A DNA stretch of 50,553 nucleotides from Andalucia godoyi And28 (taxonomy: Eukaryota > Protista > Jakobida), in the NCBI GenBank assembly GCA_009859145.1, contig VRVR01000030.1, positions 1 to 50,553 of the forward strand, read 5' to 3'. Below the pieces are notes generated by a model. That model did no database searches and was not told the origin of the DNA. It saw nothing but the letters and a program-made list of their open reading frames with translations. A program made the position numbers and the translations under genes. Positions 1 to 11,009 of this stretch are shown here, in pieces. Numbering within the stretch: the stretch's first letter is position 1; each line of letters begins with the position of its first letter.

Positions 1-2
1 CC

Positions 3-146
3 GTCGAGGACTTATTTGAGAGGAAGAAGCTTCTGAAACGCAGACTGGAAGAGACGGGAATCTTCCACAGCGAGTGCTTTGCCACATCACGAACGACCGA
101 CTGGAAGCTCAAGGACAGCCGAGATCTCAGAAAGATGCTTCGCTGA
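3..146 (+). CDS. Possible 3' end of a gene entering from the left edge (VEDLFERKKLLKRRLEETGIFHSECF...RKMLR*)
   Basis: Frame 3 is open from the window edge to TGA at 144-146 with protein-like composition; no family recognised. Confidence 0.3.
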   Translation, partial: VEDLFERKKLLKRRLEETGIFHSECFATSRTTDWKLKDSRDLRKMLR

Positions 147-653
147 GGACCGACAACGAAGCGCTTGCACAAAAGCGTAGAAGTAAACAGTCCGTAGTAG
201 CTTGTACGTTTATGTTGATAGCAGACAGCAGAAGCGTGGATGCATACAGCAAGCAGCCCCCAAGTGACGCTTGAGATCTTCGACTGCATTCAGACAGTGA
301 AGCGAACGCAGGAGCTGTCAGCCATTTGCGAGGTACCATTTGTGTCTAGCCGCGGTCGTCCGATGATCCGGAGTTCCTGTGCTGGACGAGAGCACACTCA
401 CCGCTCACCCATCACCATGAGCACTGCTCCCAAACATGACCCATGGTGCATGTCGCTGCAACAGCGTCTCTGCGATAAGAAAGGCTTCCCGTCAAAATAA
501 CCACTGTAGTTGAAGAGGAATTCATGAATTAGCAGAACGTCGGGCGGCATAACGGCTCTCAGACAAAACCCCCCGGCGCGTGCGGCACACCGTTGCATTC
601 GCGTGAACGAGCTCTACATACCCTCGGTCTCAGTCTTGGAATTCGTCGGATTG

Positions 654-689
654 CAAACTCCTTATTTTATTTCAAACTCCTTATTTTAT
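654..689. repeat. 17-bp direct duplication CAAACTCCTTATTTTAT (654-670 and 673-689)
   Basis: Two exact copies separated by TT. Confidence 0.9.
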
Positions 690-850
690 CCTGTAGTAAC
701 CCTTCGCTGGCTTTGAAGAATGCAGTTCTTTTGTTGAACGCTTGTCTGTACATCTCCAGGAATAACTCTTCGACATCAGTGTTTTTTGTATTTAATTTTT
801 TTAAAAATTGGTTTATCGGTTCATAGAGTTGGTCACGGCAGGAATTGACG

Positions 851-2701
851 TCACGGTAACGGAAATGTGCCACTCGTCTTGAGATAATTCGCAAATGCGG
901 TGTATTCTCGTGCGCGTGGAAGGACAAATCGGTGTTGTAAATCATGGAACGTCACGGGAGTTCCAGAGGAATCGCGGAACTTCGGGTCCACAATTCCATA
1001 CGTGAACGACGACACGCGATCGACATACTCAACGAAGATCAACGGCATTGCAACATGAATCAAATCGCGGTTGGCAGCCCGTTGCCTAGTGAGACGAATG
1101 TTCGAAATCTGGTTCCACAGCGGTATTCCTTGCGGTCGCAGATCAAAATTCAACGACGCCGAATATGTGACCAGCGCATCACTGTGGAAGAACCGAAAAT
1201 AGGTAAAAAAGACTTCCATGATCGTGTGCAGGTCTTTGACTGTTAGATAGAAATGCAGAATTGGCGTGCCCGCAAGTTCTTTTTCAGAATCGGGCATCAC
1301 TGCGGACGCTTTGCCGATTGGCAGCATGAGGAAAATGTCCGAGAATGTGTATGGAGTCGGAGCCCCAGTGGGCTTTGTCAGAAAGTCCGATCGCATTGTC
1401 GATGTTCCAGTGATGTAAACATCCAATGAAGGGTCGTAGAAATGGCGCAGAGAATGCAAGATTCCCGTAGCAACATCGCGGAAAAAGGTGCATCCAGGAT
1501 CCTTGATCCGAAGGACATCTTGATGGAGTGAAAATATCGGATCAGAGAAGCTGAAACCAAATGCGGAGGCAAACACACGATCGATCTCCAATCTCCACGT
1601 TTCGATTCTCTCGTGCACTTGCTTGTCAATTGGAATGTCTGATCCAATGATGGGAATGGATAACGGATCTAGGAATTCAAATTTTGAAAGAAGCGGATCT
1701 ATCTGAAACTTGCGCAACCTGGGAGGATCGAAGAACGGGAGCTTCCTTGGTACCCAGAAGACCTTGGCCGGTATGTCGGGAGCCTGTGACTTCTGAACTT
1801 CCAACGTGATTACACCGAGATGTTCAGCACAACATTTTGCTTGCGAAACAATGGTGCCAGACGCCGCAAATGAGTAGTGTGAGTGCGTATGAGAGGAGAT
1901 AATCACGTGCGGGGAAAGATTCTTCAGCGCGAGGTACTTCATGAGATCCTCGTCTTCCGGTTCTCCCATGTGTGTGACCGCTACTGCCAGGTCGACGTGT
2001 TCGACGTGCTGGAGATGATGCATCACGTTCTCGGCGTACGAAAAGTAATCAGAATAGGCATGGTTCGAGGACTCGTCATCAAAGCCAACGACTTCCACAC
2101 ACGAACGCATCCCAGCGGACAAAAACGCAGAGTCTGGAGAGTAGAGCCCAAAGAAGCCAACACGCAGACCCGCTCCACCGGCGCCTTGAACTTCGACAAT
2201 TTTCCACGTTTCATTCAATCGTTTCTTCAGGATTTCGCAGTCAGGTCCAAGAAACCGAAAATTGGAAGACAGCAGAGGCAGACGATGGCCAGAGGACTGT
2301 TCATATTTCTCAATCATTGCTGCCAAATCGGTGGCTGCACCGACGTTAAAGTCATGGTTGCCCATGACGACCGCATCGTACTGAAGCAAGTCAAAAAACT
2401 CCAGCTCGGGAGCGAATCTCGACACCGTCGACGGCAATGGACCAATCGTGTGAAACAGTGATCCTTCAAACCAATCACCCGCATCCACGAGGAAAACATG
2501 GGAATTGGAATGGTTGCGAATTGTTTGAATGGCCGTCGCAAGACGGGCCATCAGAAACTCGGGATCAACATGAGGCGACGGTCCGAGGAACCCCGAGTGC
2601 AAATCGTTCGTGTGTAGAATGGTGATGGGAAAAGTGTGTTCAAAAGCATGGGTGGATGCAATTAAAAGGAGGGCCCACACGTAATATAAAATTTTCAACA
2701 T
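851..2701 (-). CDS. Secreted 5'-nucleotidase / 2',3'-cyclic phosphodiesterase (calcineurin-like metallophosphoesterase), 616 aa
   Basis: Motifs ILHTNDLHS, DAGDWFEGS, VMGNHDF, THMG, SSHTH; signal-peptide-like N-terminus MLKILYYVWALLLIASTHA. Confidence 0.88.
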   Translation of the reverse strand: MLKILYYVWALLLIASTHAFEHTFPITILHTNDLHSGFLGPSPHVDPEFLMARLATAIQTIRNHSNSHVFLVDAGDWFEGSLFHTIGPLPSTVSRFAPELEFFDLLQYDAVVMGNHDFNVGAATDLAAMIEKYEQSSGHRLPLLSSNFRFLGPDCEILKKRLNETWKIVEVQGAGGAGLRVGFFGLYSPDSAFLSAGMRSCVEVVGFDDESSNHAYSDYFSYAENVMHHLQHVEHVDLAVAVTHMGEPEDEDLMKYLALKNLSPHVIISSHTHSHYSFAASGTIVSQAKCCAEHLGVITLEVQKSQAPDIPAKVFWVPRKLPFFDPPRLRKFQIDPLLSKFEFLDPLSIPIIGSDIPIDKQVHERIETWRLEIDRVFASAFGFSFSDPIFSLHQDVLRIKDPGCTFFRDVATGILHSLRHFYDPSLDVYITGTSTMRSDFLTKPTGAPTPYTFSDIFLMLPIGKASAVMPDSEKELAGTPILHFYLTVKDLHTIMEVFFTYFRFFHSDALVTYSASLNFDLRPQGIPLWNQISNIRLTRQRAANRDLIHVAMPLIFVEYVDRVSSFTYGIVDPKFRDSSGTPVTFHDLQHRFVLPRAREYTAFANYLKTSGTFPLP

Positions 2702-3767
2702 GATTGTGATAACATGTCTACTCTTCTTTTTTTCGCCCCTTCTTTTGCTCTCCCTTTCTTTCCTTTTCTAAAGAACGCGCGTGCGACACTGCCTATTAAA
2801 TTTTTTTAAAAAATCAAAAAAGGGAAACGAAAAGCTGATTGGGCCGGCAATGTTTTGTGTGCCAAGAATACACACTTGAGGAACATCGAGACTCACGGAA
2901 AAATAAAAGGAAAAGGTCGAAAGAGAAAGAAAGAACCATTGTATAAAATGCGGAATGGTAATAAAAGAAGTTCGCTGAAATCTCTCGATTTTTCCTGGTT
3001 CCCAGGGTCCTAAACAGTTCTAACGAATGCACCAATTGATCTAGTAAAGAGCTCTGATGAAAGAATAGGTTGTTTCTGTTTTGGGGTGCGCAGACCCAGG
3101 GATGTCCCGCTCAACAGGGAAACTCATTGGATGGGCGCTGATGCGGATTTATAACGTCCCTTTATGCCAAATAGCTCAGCATGCGAGCCAAATTTTTGGA
3201 AAGGTTTGGGTTGGAGGATAAATACTTCGTTTTCATCGTCTTGACAAAAAAAAATGCTTTTGAAATTCTAGCGTAGGGGGGCTTTCCCCATCCGGTTAGA
3301 ACCAAATAAATAAACACACAAAACATCCCTCTCTTCCACGTGGGGCCATTTCCAATTTCGCCCAGCGACTGCTGCACCAGACGAGGGAGTCTGGAACCGC
3401 TAAGTTGTTGGGTCTGGCTTCCCTAGACGATTGATGCTTGTTATGCAACATTGCTATAGCACCCATATTAGAACCAATCCGCATTGATGCAGTGTGACGC
3501 TGGCGAGTTTGCGAGACGAAAGCGCGCACCAACAGATACACGACAAAAATGACGTCACGCCAAGTCAGGTTCGCCATGCTGTAGATATTGCGCGATCGCG
3601 GCTTGCCGGATCAACAAGTAAAAAATTGGAACGGCAGTTGTTCGTGTCATGCCCCCTCCACCCCGCGATTGAATGTGCGACCGGAGAAAACGAGCATACG
3701 CGCCGACGTCCTCATCTCGTTGTTTTCGTCTGAAGGTTGCTTGCAGGGGGGCTTCTTGCAACGATTT

Positions 3768-4400
3768 TCAGCAGGAGCAGCGTTTTTCCTTTGGAGAAGA
3801 CTTGGAGCTGACGGAATCGACATTGACGGACTTTGTCGATGATTTGGCTGGAACAGATCTGTGGCCACCGTGCTGCGCAAGAAGAGATCTTGAAATCTCG
3901 AAAAACACATCTTCGACCCCAGTGTTTGTCTTTGCGGATGTTTCAAAGCACCGCGCATTGATGGAGGTCGCGTATTCCTTGACAGATTCAAAGGAGACTT
4001 TCCGATCTTGGACGAGATCAATCTTGTTGCACGCAATGCACATCACAATGTCCTCGTTTTCTGCAAATTTCAAAAGCTCGTCTACCCAATTACGCGCCGA
4101 CTCGAAGGATTCTCTGCGAGTGACGTCGACGACCAGAACAGCGGCATTCGCACCGCGATAGTACATTGGCTGCATGGCCCGAAACTTATCAGCTCCAGCT
4201 GTATCCCATATCTGCAACTTCACACGCTGGGAACCAAACACCATCGTCCGCGTAAGAAAGGTCGCTCCGACCGTGGCAGCCTCGGCAGTATCAAATGCCC
4301 CGGTGACAAACCGCTGGACAATAGAGGTCTTTCCTCCGCCGCTGTCCCCAATGAGGACAACCTTCCCTTGGATCTGATCAATGTGTGTCGGAGAAAACAT
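3768..4400 (-). CDS. Rab GTPase, Rab5/21/22-like, 210 aa (start at MFSPTH)
   Basis: GDSGGGKT, TVGATF, WDTAGADKF, PMYYRGANAA, NKIDL, ETSAK and C-terminal CSC prenylation motif. The ORF-track N-extension runs through a (TG)n repeat and is probably UTR or intron. Confidence 0.92.
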   Translation of the reverse strand: MFSPTHIDQIQGKVVLIGDSGGGKTSIVQRFVTGAFDTAEAATVGATFLTRTMVFGSQRVKLQIWDTAGADKFRAMQPMYYRGANAAVLVVDVTRRESFESARNWVDELLKFAENEDIVMCIACNKIDLVQDRKVSFESVKEYATSINARCFETSAKTNTGVEDVFFEISRSLLAQHGGHRSVPAKSSTKSVNVDSVSSKSSPKEKRCSC

Positions 4401-4481
4401 GAGTTTCGAGATTCTTGACTCTGGATAAATAAAAAGGAGACAGACACAAGGACCCTGTCTGATGATACTCAGTTCGTACGT

Positions 4482-4512
4482 ACACACACACACACATACA
4501 CACACATACACA
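4482..4512. repeat. (CA)n microsatellite upstream of the Rab gene
   Basis: Directly visible. Confidence 0.9.
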
Positions 4513-4676
4513 TCCAAATATATCCCGAATTTTTTTGATTGTCCCACAGACCAGTCGTGCTCACTGGCATCAAGCCGAGTACTGTATTCAGAAGGGTGTT
4601 TTTTTTAAATAAAAAAATGATACATGCTTGATGCTAACTCCACTCGAAAATGCATCTCAAGTCCCCGAAAAGACGA

Positions 4677-6047
4677 TCAATTGCGATCCATTTTCTGCAC
4701 GTCAAAGCCAGGCATTGGAAAAGACGTGGCAAACGATTGAACGTCCTTTCGCAGTTCATCAAGGTCTGCATTGTTCTCAAGACCCACTAGAAACTCCTTC
4801 AATTGTTTTCCGAATTTTTCTTGAATCTTCAAAGAAATCTTCACTCCGCGGTCCAGGAAACCAGCAACCTTTTCAAAATCGACCTGCTTGAACCCTCGAG
4901 TCGTCAGTGCCGGTGTCCCGAGGCGCACTCCTCCTGGCGAAACTGCACTGACATCCCCCGGGACAGAGTTCTTGTTCACCGTGATGGACGCATGATCAAA
5001 TACCTTTTCAAGCTTTGAGCCCGTCAGTCCCTGGGGACGCACATCCCACAGCACAATATGATTGTCGGTGCCGCCTGTGCAAATGGTGTACCCCAGCTTC
5101 TGCAGTGCTTTTGCAAGTGATTGCGAGTTATCCACGACTTGCTGGGCGTATTCCTTGAATTGCGGTGTTGCAACCTCCTTGAGCTGTGTCGCAACTGCAG
5201 CGATTGTATTCTCGTGCGGACCCCCCTGGAGGGACGGGAATACAGCAAAATTGACGCGTTCTTCAAACTGCTTTCGGAAAAAGATGATGCCGGCACGGGG
5301 TCCGCGAAGTGACTTGTGCGTGGTCGTGGTCACCAGATCGCAATACTGGAACGGAGATGTGTGCACCCCGGCTGCAACAAGACCAGAAATGTGTGCCATG
5401 TCGAACAGGAACAGGGCACCAACCTTGTCGCAAATTGCACGCATTCGAGCAAAGTCCCAAGCCCGCGGATACGCGGAGGCTCCTCCAATAATCAGTTGTG
5501 GGCGGTAAATCAAGGCCTGTTTCTCAAGCTCGTCATAATCAATCAGACCGGTAGCGTGGTTCACCCCGTAAGGAAGCGATTCAAAGTAGATGGACGTCGC
5601 AGAAATCTTCTTCTTTGCCGTGTAGTACCCATGCGTCAGGTGTCCACCGGAAGGCAAATCCAGACCCATGATGCGATCATGCGGCTTCAGGACGGACGTG
5701 TACGCAGCAAAATTGGCGCCCGACCCAGAGTACGGTTGTACATTCACTCCCCATTCGGCAGAATCAAGCCCATAGGCAATGAGAGAGCGCTTGATCGCAA
5801 TGTTCTCCACCTGGTCAATGTATTCGTTTCCACCATAATAGCGGGCTCCAGGAAGACCCTCAGAGTACTTGTTTGTCAAGCACGAGCCAAGACACTCAAA
5901 CACGGCACGAGACGTAAAATTTTCAGACGCAATCAGCTCCAGGCCGGACCATTGGCGACGCTGTTCTTTCTGGATCAACTCGAATATTTCAGGATCGTGT
6001 TCCTCAAGGGACGCATTTCCCGGCAAGCGGTGCATTTCAGAAGACAT
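4677..6047 (-). CDS. SHMT: Serine hydroxymethyltransferase, probably cytosolic (no presequence), 456 aa
   Basis: [34 protein letters not shown]-lysine motif [31 protein letters not shown]. Confidence 0.98.
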   Translation of the reverse strand: MSSEMHRLPGNASLEEHDPEIFELIQKEQRRQWSGLELIASENFTSRAVFECLGSCLTNKYSEGLPGARYYGGNEYIDQVENIAIKRSLIAYGLDSAEWGVNVQPYSGSGANFAAYTSVLKPHDRIMGLDLPSGGHLTHGYYTAKKKISATSIYFESLPYGVNHATGLIDYDELEKQALIYRPQLIIGGASAYPRAWDFARMRAICDKVGALFLFDMAHISGLVAAGVHTSPFQYCDLVTTTTHKSLRGPRAGIIFFRKQFEERVNFAVFPSLQGGPHENTIAAVATQLKEVATPQFKEYAQQVVDNSQSLAKALQKLGYTICTGGTDNHIVLWDVRPQGLTGSKLEKVFDHASITVNKNSVPGDVSAVSPGGVRLGTPALTTRGFKQVDFEKVAGFLDRGVKISLKIQEKFGKQLKEFLVGLENNADLDELRKDVQSFATSFPMPGFDVQKMDRN

Positions 6048-6491
6048 TCCTCTCTCTCACTCTTTCACACACACACACACGCTCTCTCTCTCTCTCCTCC
6101 CCTTGTTCTTCTTCTTTTTTGCAGCAACACTAAGAACCACAAACCACAAAAGGGATCGTTATCGACACGGAAATAGACCAAACAGAACCCCGCCCCTCTC
6201 GCAAAAAATTTATTAAAAAAATCAAAAAAATCAAAAAAATAGAAGTAGGAAAATGATGTCGAGGGGGACAGAAAACAAAAACAAAAAAACAAGGTCAAGA
6301 GGCAGCTCGGAAATCTCACTGTTGGACTGCGACCCTTTGAACAGTGAATCGCAGTCGATCCTCGGAACTGCCAGTCGTACTCCGATTCGCCCACAACCGA
6401 GACTCTCTCTGCCCAAAACGAAAAGCAGCAAAAACCAAAACGTGAAAAAATTTCGCTCTTTTGTGCATGTCGCGAAAACAAATTCGACGCC

Positions 6492-8972
6492 ATGGAAGAC
6501 CTCGTGAACGAATCTCGTCGTCGAGTAATCAGTAATGGCGAGACATCTGCAAAGATGCATTTTGAGCTGCAGAGGGCCTTCAAGCCATTCTTTGTCGGGG
6601 GCGATGTTTATTGCATTCGCGAACGGTTTCTCTGTGTGGCTGGACCGTCTCTCAACATTGTCTCTCAAGCAGACGGGTCTATTTTAGACACGTTTGAGAT
6701 GGACGGCGAAAACATCACGAGCATATGCCCGCATCCTACAAGAGACGAATGTGTTGTTTCCACAAATGCTGGGCAAAGTGCGCTCTATGACTTTGCCAAT
6801 AAGCACGTAATCCGGAGATGGCGACCGCACGCAGATCCAGTATTTTGCTCGTCTTTCGACAGGAGCGGTGTGTTTCTGGCTACAGTCTCGTCCGACAAGG
6901 TTATCAAGGTGTGGGATATGAGGCAGGGATACCTCACTCATGTGTTCAAGGGTCACACCGGGATGATCACGAAGCTCGTCTTCCACCCATTTCTTGGTGT
7001 TCCGGTTCTCTTGTCGGCGTCTGAAGACTGCTCGGTACGGGTATGGAATTTATCGACGTTTTCCTGTTCCCATGTTGTTTCCAACCATGCAGGAGTCATC
7101 AGCGATGTGGAGATTGTTGGCGCGGATGGTTTATTTGCGTGTGCTTCGAGGGATCGTACTATTTCTTTCCACGATGGACGAACATCGTTTTTCCTTGGAA
7201 TCTTGCCTGTTTATACAGAAGTTGAGTCCATGCTATGTTTGCATGCTGAGGAGCTGCCAGGAAGCCATCTTGTTGCTTCCATGCTCATTGGAACAAATGT
7301 TGGCGAAATCAAGCTGGTCGATGTAGTTTTGCAAGGCGGAAAGGCAACATCTGCGACACTATCCTCCATCAAACTTTCCGATTTTCCGATTTCTTCTTTG
7401 ATGATGCTTGACTCGAAAATATTTTCGGGAGCGACATCGGACGGCAACATTTTCATCGTGAGCAAGGATCAGCAGAATCTCGCGTTGCAATCAGTGTTCG
7501 TTGGAAGCAATGACGAAGTAACGGACTTGAAGTTTGTCGATTCCAACAGACTGTTGATTGGCACAAATGGCGTGGAGCTGCGACTGTTGAACGTTGTTGA
7601 TGGAGCGTACCGATTTCTTCGAGGTCACAATGACGCGATATTGTCCGTCGCCGTGTTCTTCGTTTCGTTTCCGGACAAGTCCAGGGTGCCGGTTGTTGCA
7701 ACAGGTTCCAAAGATGAGACAGTTTGCATTTGGGACGCGGAATCTGGCGAATGTGCGTGGCGTGGACTGGGGCACACTGGGCCCGTTTCTGCTGTCTGTG
7801 CAGCTGCAGAAGAAGTATTCTGCTCGACAAATCGCACTGCTTCCGCCTGGTGGAAGTCCCCTCATGTGAAGTTTTCCATTGTCTCCACGTCTGAAGACGG
7901 AACCATCAAAGGATGGGCCGCTGTCGGAGGTGGATCCGTCGAAATGCAGTGCACCATGACCGTTGTGGGCCACCAGAAAGCAATCAACGGAGTTGCAGTG
8001 TCGCGATCCAGGGATTTGATGGCCACATGCTCGCAAGACAAGACTGTGAAGCTGTGGAAACTTTCTCAAGGCGGACTCGATTTAATGTTCTCCTGCAAAG
8101 GGCACCGTAAGGGAGTGTGGTCTGTAGTTTTCTCCCCAGTGGACAAGGTTGTTTTGAGTGGCAGCGGTGACGCAACGTGCAGACTATGGTCGTGTACAGA
8201 CGGCTCATGCATCCGTGTTCTTCAGTTCTCGTCCCCCCTTCTGAAAGCGGTGTTCAGCCGAACCGGTGAGAAGGTGTTTGCATCGTCGGCAACCAGTACG
8301 TTCGGCGCGTGGGATGCGAAGACCGGGGAACTTCTTCACGAGTCGGATTCCTCTGCGCACCACGGGAAGCTCTGGTCTATTGCGGTATCTCCGGACGGTG
8401 CTGTTCTTGCTACCGGCGGAAATGATTCAAACATTTGTTTTTGGAAAGACGTGACAGAGTCTGTCTTAATGAAGTCGTTGGAAACCAAGACGACAAGCAT
8501 ACGCTCATCCCAAGAATTTGAGGATGCCATCCGAGCCCGCGAGTTTGGCAAAGCGCTAAAGAAACTTTTGGAACTTGATCTCGGCAGCGAAGCACTGTTT
8601 TCACTGCTGCTGCAGTGGACACGCGATTGCGACTTGATGTCTATCCAAAGTGAGCTGTCTGCTGTTTTGCGAGAATCCTTTTCGGCATTTCCATCTTCCG
8701 TGCAATCCTTGCTCGCATCAGTCAAGAGCTTGATCGTGTATCCGAGGTCAGCGGATATCGCGTCATTTGTTCTTTCTGCAGTTTTACTGGTGACCAGCGA
8801 GGATGAGCTTGTGAAAGTCGAGGGGATTTCTGAATTGGTGGAAGTGTTCGCTGTCTATTCCAAGCGCCATTATGACAAGTACGATCGGTTTTTGACATCT
8901 TCATTTATGATTCCATTTGCGTTCCGACAAGCTGATAGGCTGTTCACGGATGCACAAGAGGCACATGAATAG
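6492..8972 (+). CDS. UTP13: U3 snoRNP WD40 protein Utp13/TBL3, 826 aa
   Basis: Multiple WD repeats (FKGHTG...VRVWN, LRGHND...CIWD, KGHRKGVWSVVFSPVDKVVLSGSGDATCRLW) and a C-terminal helical Utp13-type tail (YSKRHYDKYDRFLTSSFMI). Confidence 0.88.
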   Translation: MEDLVNESRRRVISNGETSAKMHFELQRAFKPFFVGGDVYCIRERFLCVAGPSLNIVSQADGSILDTFEMDGENITSICPHPTRDECVVSTNAGQSALYDFANKHVIRRWRPHADPVFCSSFDRSGVFLATVSSDKVIKVWDMRQGYLTHVFKGHTGMITKLVFHPFLGVPVLLSASEDCSVRVWNLSTFSCSHVVSNHAGVISDVEIVGADGLFACASRDRTISFHDGRTSFFLGILPVYTEVESMLCLHAEELPGSHLVASMLIGTNVGEIKLVDVVLQGGKATSATLSSIKLSDFPISSLMMLDSKIFSGATSDGNIFIVSKDQQNLALQSVFVGSNDEVTDLKFVDSNRLLIGTNGVELRLLNVVDGAYRFLRGHNDAILSVAVFFVSFPDKSRVPVVATGSKDETVCIWDAESGECAWRGLGHTGPVSAVCAAAEEVFCSTNRTASAWWKSPHVKFSIVSTSEDGTIKGWAAVGGGSVEMQCTMTVVGHQKAINGVAVSRSRDLMATCSQDKTVKLWKLSQGGLDLMFSCKGHRKGVWSVVFSPVDKVVLSGSGDATCRLWSCTDGSCIRVLQFSSPLLKAVFSRTGEKVFASSATSTFGAWDAKTGELLHESDSSAHHGKLWSIAVSPDGAVLATGGNDSNICFWKDVTESVLMKSLETKTTSIRSSQEFEDAIRAREFGKALKKLLELDLGSEALFSLLLQWTRDCDLMSIQSELSAVLRESFSAFPSSVQSLLASVKSLIVYPRSADIASFVLSAVLLVTSEDELVKVEGISELVEVFAVYSKRHYDKYDRFLTSSFMIPFAFRQADRLFTDAQEAHE

Positions 8973-9294
8973 GCCAAGGCGCCTTTTGTACACTCAGCAA
9001 ACCAAAAAATAAATAATTAAAATAATTAAAAGTAATGTTAAAATAAATTTACAAAAGAAGTATTACCCTCAGCAACGCAGGCTTTGCTGGAATTCGGACC
9101 AGAAGGACGAAACAGATGAAAACGTTAAAAGGCAGTCGTTTGATGCTAGCGACTTGGAGCAAATAAAATGGGAACAGGGAAGAGAGCAACGAAAGAAAAA
9201 GTTTCGCTCGTGCAAAGGCATTTTCCCACTTTCTTGCCTCTTCTTTCTTCAAGACCGCGGAGCGATCTACATTGCAAGCAGTGTATTTCCGTGA

Positions 9295-10917
9295 ATGATC
9301 TTTATTGTTCGTTTCAGAGGAGGTCATGTCAACTTCTTTTTGCCCGAGTTGGAAGCTGCGGCGTCGGCGGCCGGTGTGCCTTTTGTTGTCCGTGGTGTGA
9401 TTGATGAAGGAAACGAGGACAAGCCAGCTGTGCTGTATGCAGTTGAGTTCCCCAGCGAGGAAGATGCATGCCTGGTCGCAGAACGGTCTGTGTCTATCCG
9501 ATACATCGGATTGGTGCTGTTTGACACGGATTGCTGGGAGGAGTTTCCATCCACTATAGACTCGATGCCGGAGAATCCGTTTTTGGATTGCGACGGAAAG
9601 ACGTACGCAATTTCTTTTGATTGTCCAAACAGTAAGATGCCGGCGAAGGAGCAGCAAGTCGTTTATGATGAGCTGGAAAAGGCGCGCTTTCATGCTGGGA
9701 GAGCAGATCTGAAGAACCCGGAGGTCCTGTACATGGTTGCCAAGATGCGGCCGTTCGTGGTTGCAAAACCGTCTTGTCCCCTGTCAAAGGTTTGGATTCA
9801 AAAACCGTGCATGTTTATGCGGGTGATTGCGCACGGAGGAATGCAACACTACTCGTCTGCTTTCGATCTGAAGCAGAGATCATACATCGGGACAACATCC
9901 ATGGACGCGGAACTTAGTGCATTCATGGCCTCCCTAGGTCTGTGCGACGAAGGAAAGCTGGCATGCGATCCGTTTGCTGGCACTGGATCGGTGATGATTG
10001 CGGCCGCTGCGTTTGGTGCAAGTGCTCTTGGCTTTGACCTGGACAGGACAGTCATGGGCCGCGTACACGAAAACTTCAAGCAATATGGTCTCGAAGGTCA
10101 ATTTTTAGGATGCATTCGCCATGATTTACGGCGCCCTTCCATTCTCCTGCAACCGATGTTTGACGCCATTGTCACTGATCCTCCCTATGGTCTTCGTGTT
10201 GGTGTTGGAAAACTCAAAGGAGTGTCTGGCACGTCCATTCAGCGAGTGAATCCTATGGCCAATGGAAATGGGTACGGGATGACAGACGCCGCCGCCGCCG
10301 CTGCTGCTGCTGCTGCTGCTGCTACCGCGGAGGATGAAAACAAAAGCGAGGGCCACGGCGGAATGGAAGAACTTGCAGACGACCGGCATCATGACAAGTA
10401 TGCGCCCGCGGTTCACAAGAGTTCTATCCTCGAAGACCTGATTTCGTTTGCTGCAAAGACGCTTCGAAGTGGCGGACGCCTGGTGTACTGGATGGTCACT
10501 ACCGAGAACTACACGGAACGAGAATTGCTCGTGCATCCATGCTTTCTCGTGATTGCAAACTGTGACGAGCATTTATTCGGGGTATTCCGTCGCCGCCTCA
10601 TTGTAGCGGTGAAGGTTCGTTCAGAGGACGAGGCTGTGCAGCACGTCGAAGGACTATATGCCACGCATGGGGCAGAGTGCAAGACGGCTGCAGAAATCCT
10701 TACTCCGAGACGGTGGGATCCAGAGGATGAGATTTGGAAGAATGGAAACTTCATCCGAGCGGACGTTGTCGCCAACATGGTCCGGGAGCGGGAGCTCTTA
10801 GAGATTTCGGCGGCACATCGGGCACGAAAGCGAGAACGAAAACATCGGATGTACGAGAAATGTCAGGAGTTTCGCTTGAAGATGGAATCGGAGAAGCAGT
10901 CAGGATCTGCAGACTGA
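9295..10917 (+). CDS. TRM11: tRNA (guanine-10-N2)-methyltransferase Trm11, 540 aa
   Basis: FDLKQRSYIGTTSMDAELS, SAM motif DPFAGTGS, DAIVTDPPYG, LRSGGRLVYW; poly-Ala insertion. Confidence 0.93.
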   Translation: MIFIVRFRGGHVNFFLPELEAAASAAGVPFVVRGVIDEGNEDKPAVLYAVEFPSEEDACLVAERSVSIRYIGLVLFDTDCWEEFPSTIDSMPENPFLDCDGKTYAISFDCPNSKMPAKEQQVVYDELEKARFHAGRADLKNPEVLYMVAKMRPFVVAKPSCPLSKVWIQKPCMFMRVIAHGGMQHYSSAFDLKQRSYIGTTSMDAELSAFMASLGLCDEGKLACDPFAGTGSVMIAAAAFGASALGFDLDRTVMGRVHENFKQYGLEGQFLGCIRHDLRRPSILLQPMFDAIVTDPPYGLRVGVGKLKGVSGTSIQRVNPMANGNGYGMTDAAAAAAAAAAAATAEDENKSEGHGGMEELADDRHHDKYAPAVHKSSILEDLISFAAKTLRSGGRLVYWMVTTENYTERELLVHPCFLVIANCDEHLFGVFRRRLIVAVKVRSEDEAVQHVEGLYATHGAECKTAAEILTPRRWDPEDEIWKNGNFIRADVVANMVRERELLEISAAHRARKRERKHRMYEKCQEFRLKMESEKQSGSAD

Positions 10918-11009
10918 AAGAAGGCCGTACAAACTGTTGGAAACTGGCATCTCCATCGTGGATTTTCCAGACCATCTCTCCCCCACCCACGCCGACAACC
11001 ACAAATATC

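Noticed and set aside
3054-3141. Possible C/D box snoRNA (TGATGA at 3055, CTGA at 3138)
   Set aside because: No terminal stem and no recognisable rRNA-complementary guide; such short boxes occur by chance.
2940-3260. Stop-poor, protein-like minus-strand frame (DDENEVFILQPKPFQKFGSHAELFGIKG...), with a similar segment near 14800-14950
   Set aside because: No start, internal stops and no recognisable family; cannot be called a gene or pseudogene.
3330-3515. Weak resemblance to the omega-RNA copies (TTGTTGGGT, GCAACATTG, AGTGTG...GGCG...TGCG)
   Set aside because: No 18-bp hairpin, no GGGGCCTA core and no Fanzor codons upstream; needs a CM scan to revisit.
5316-6176. Long antisense ORFs (5316-6176, 18031-19395, 20217-21011, 14962-15810 and others)
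   Set aside because: Shadow frames opposite well-conserved genes, expected from codon bias.
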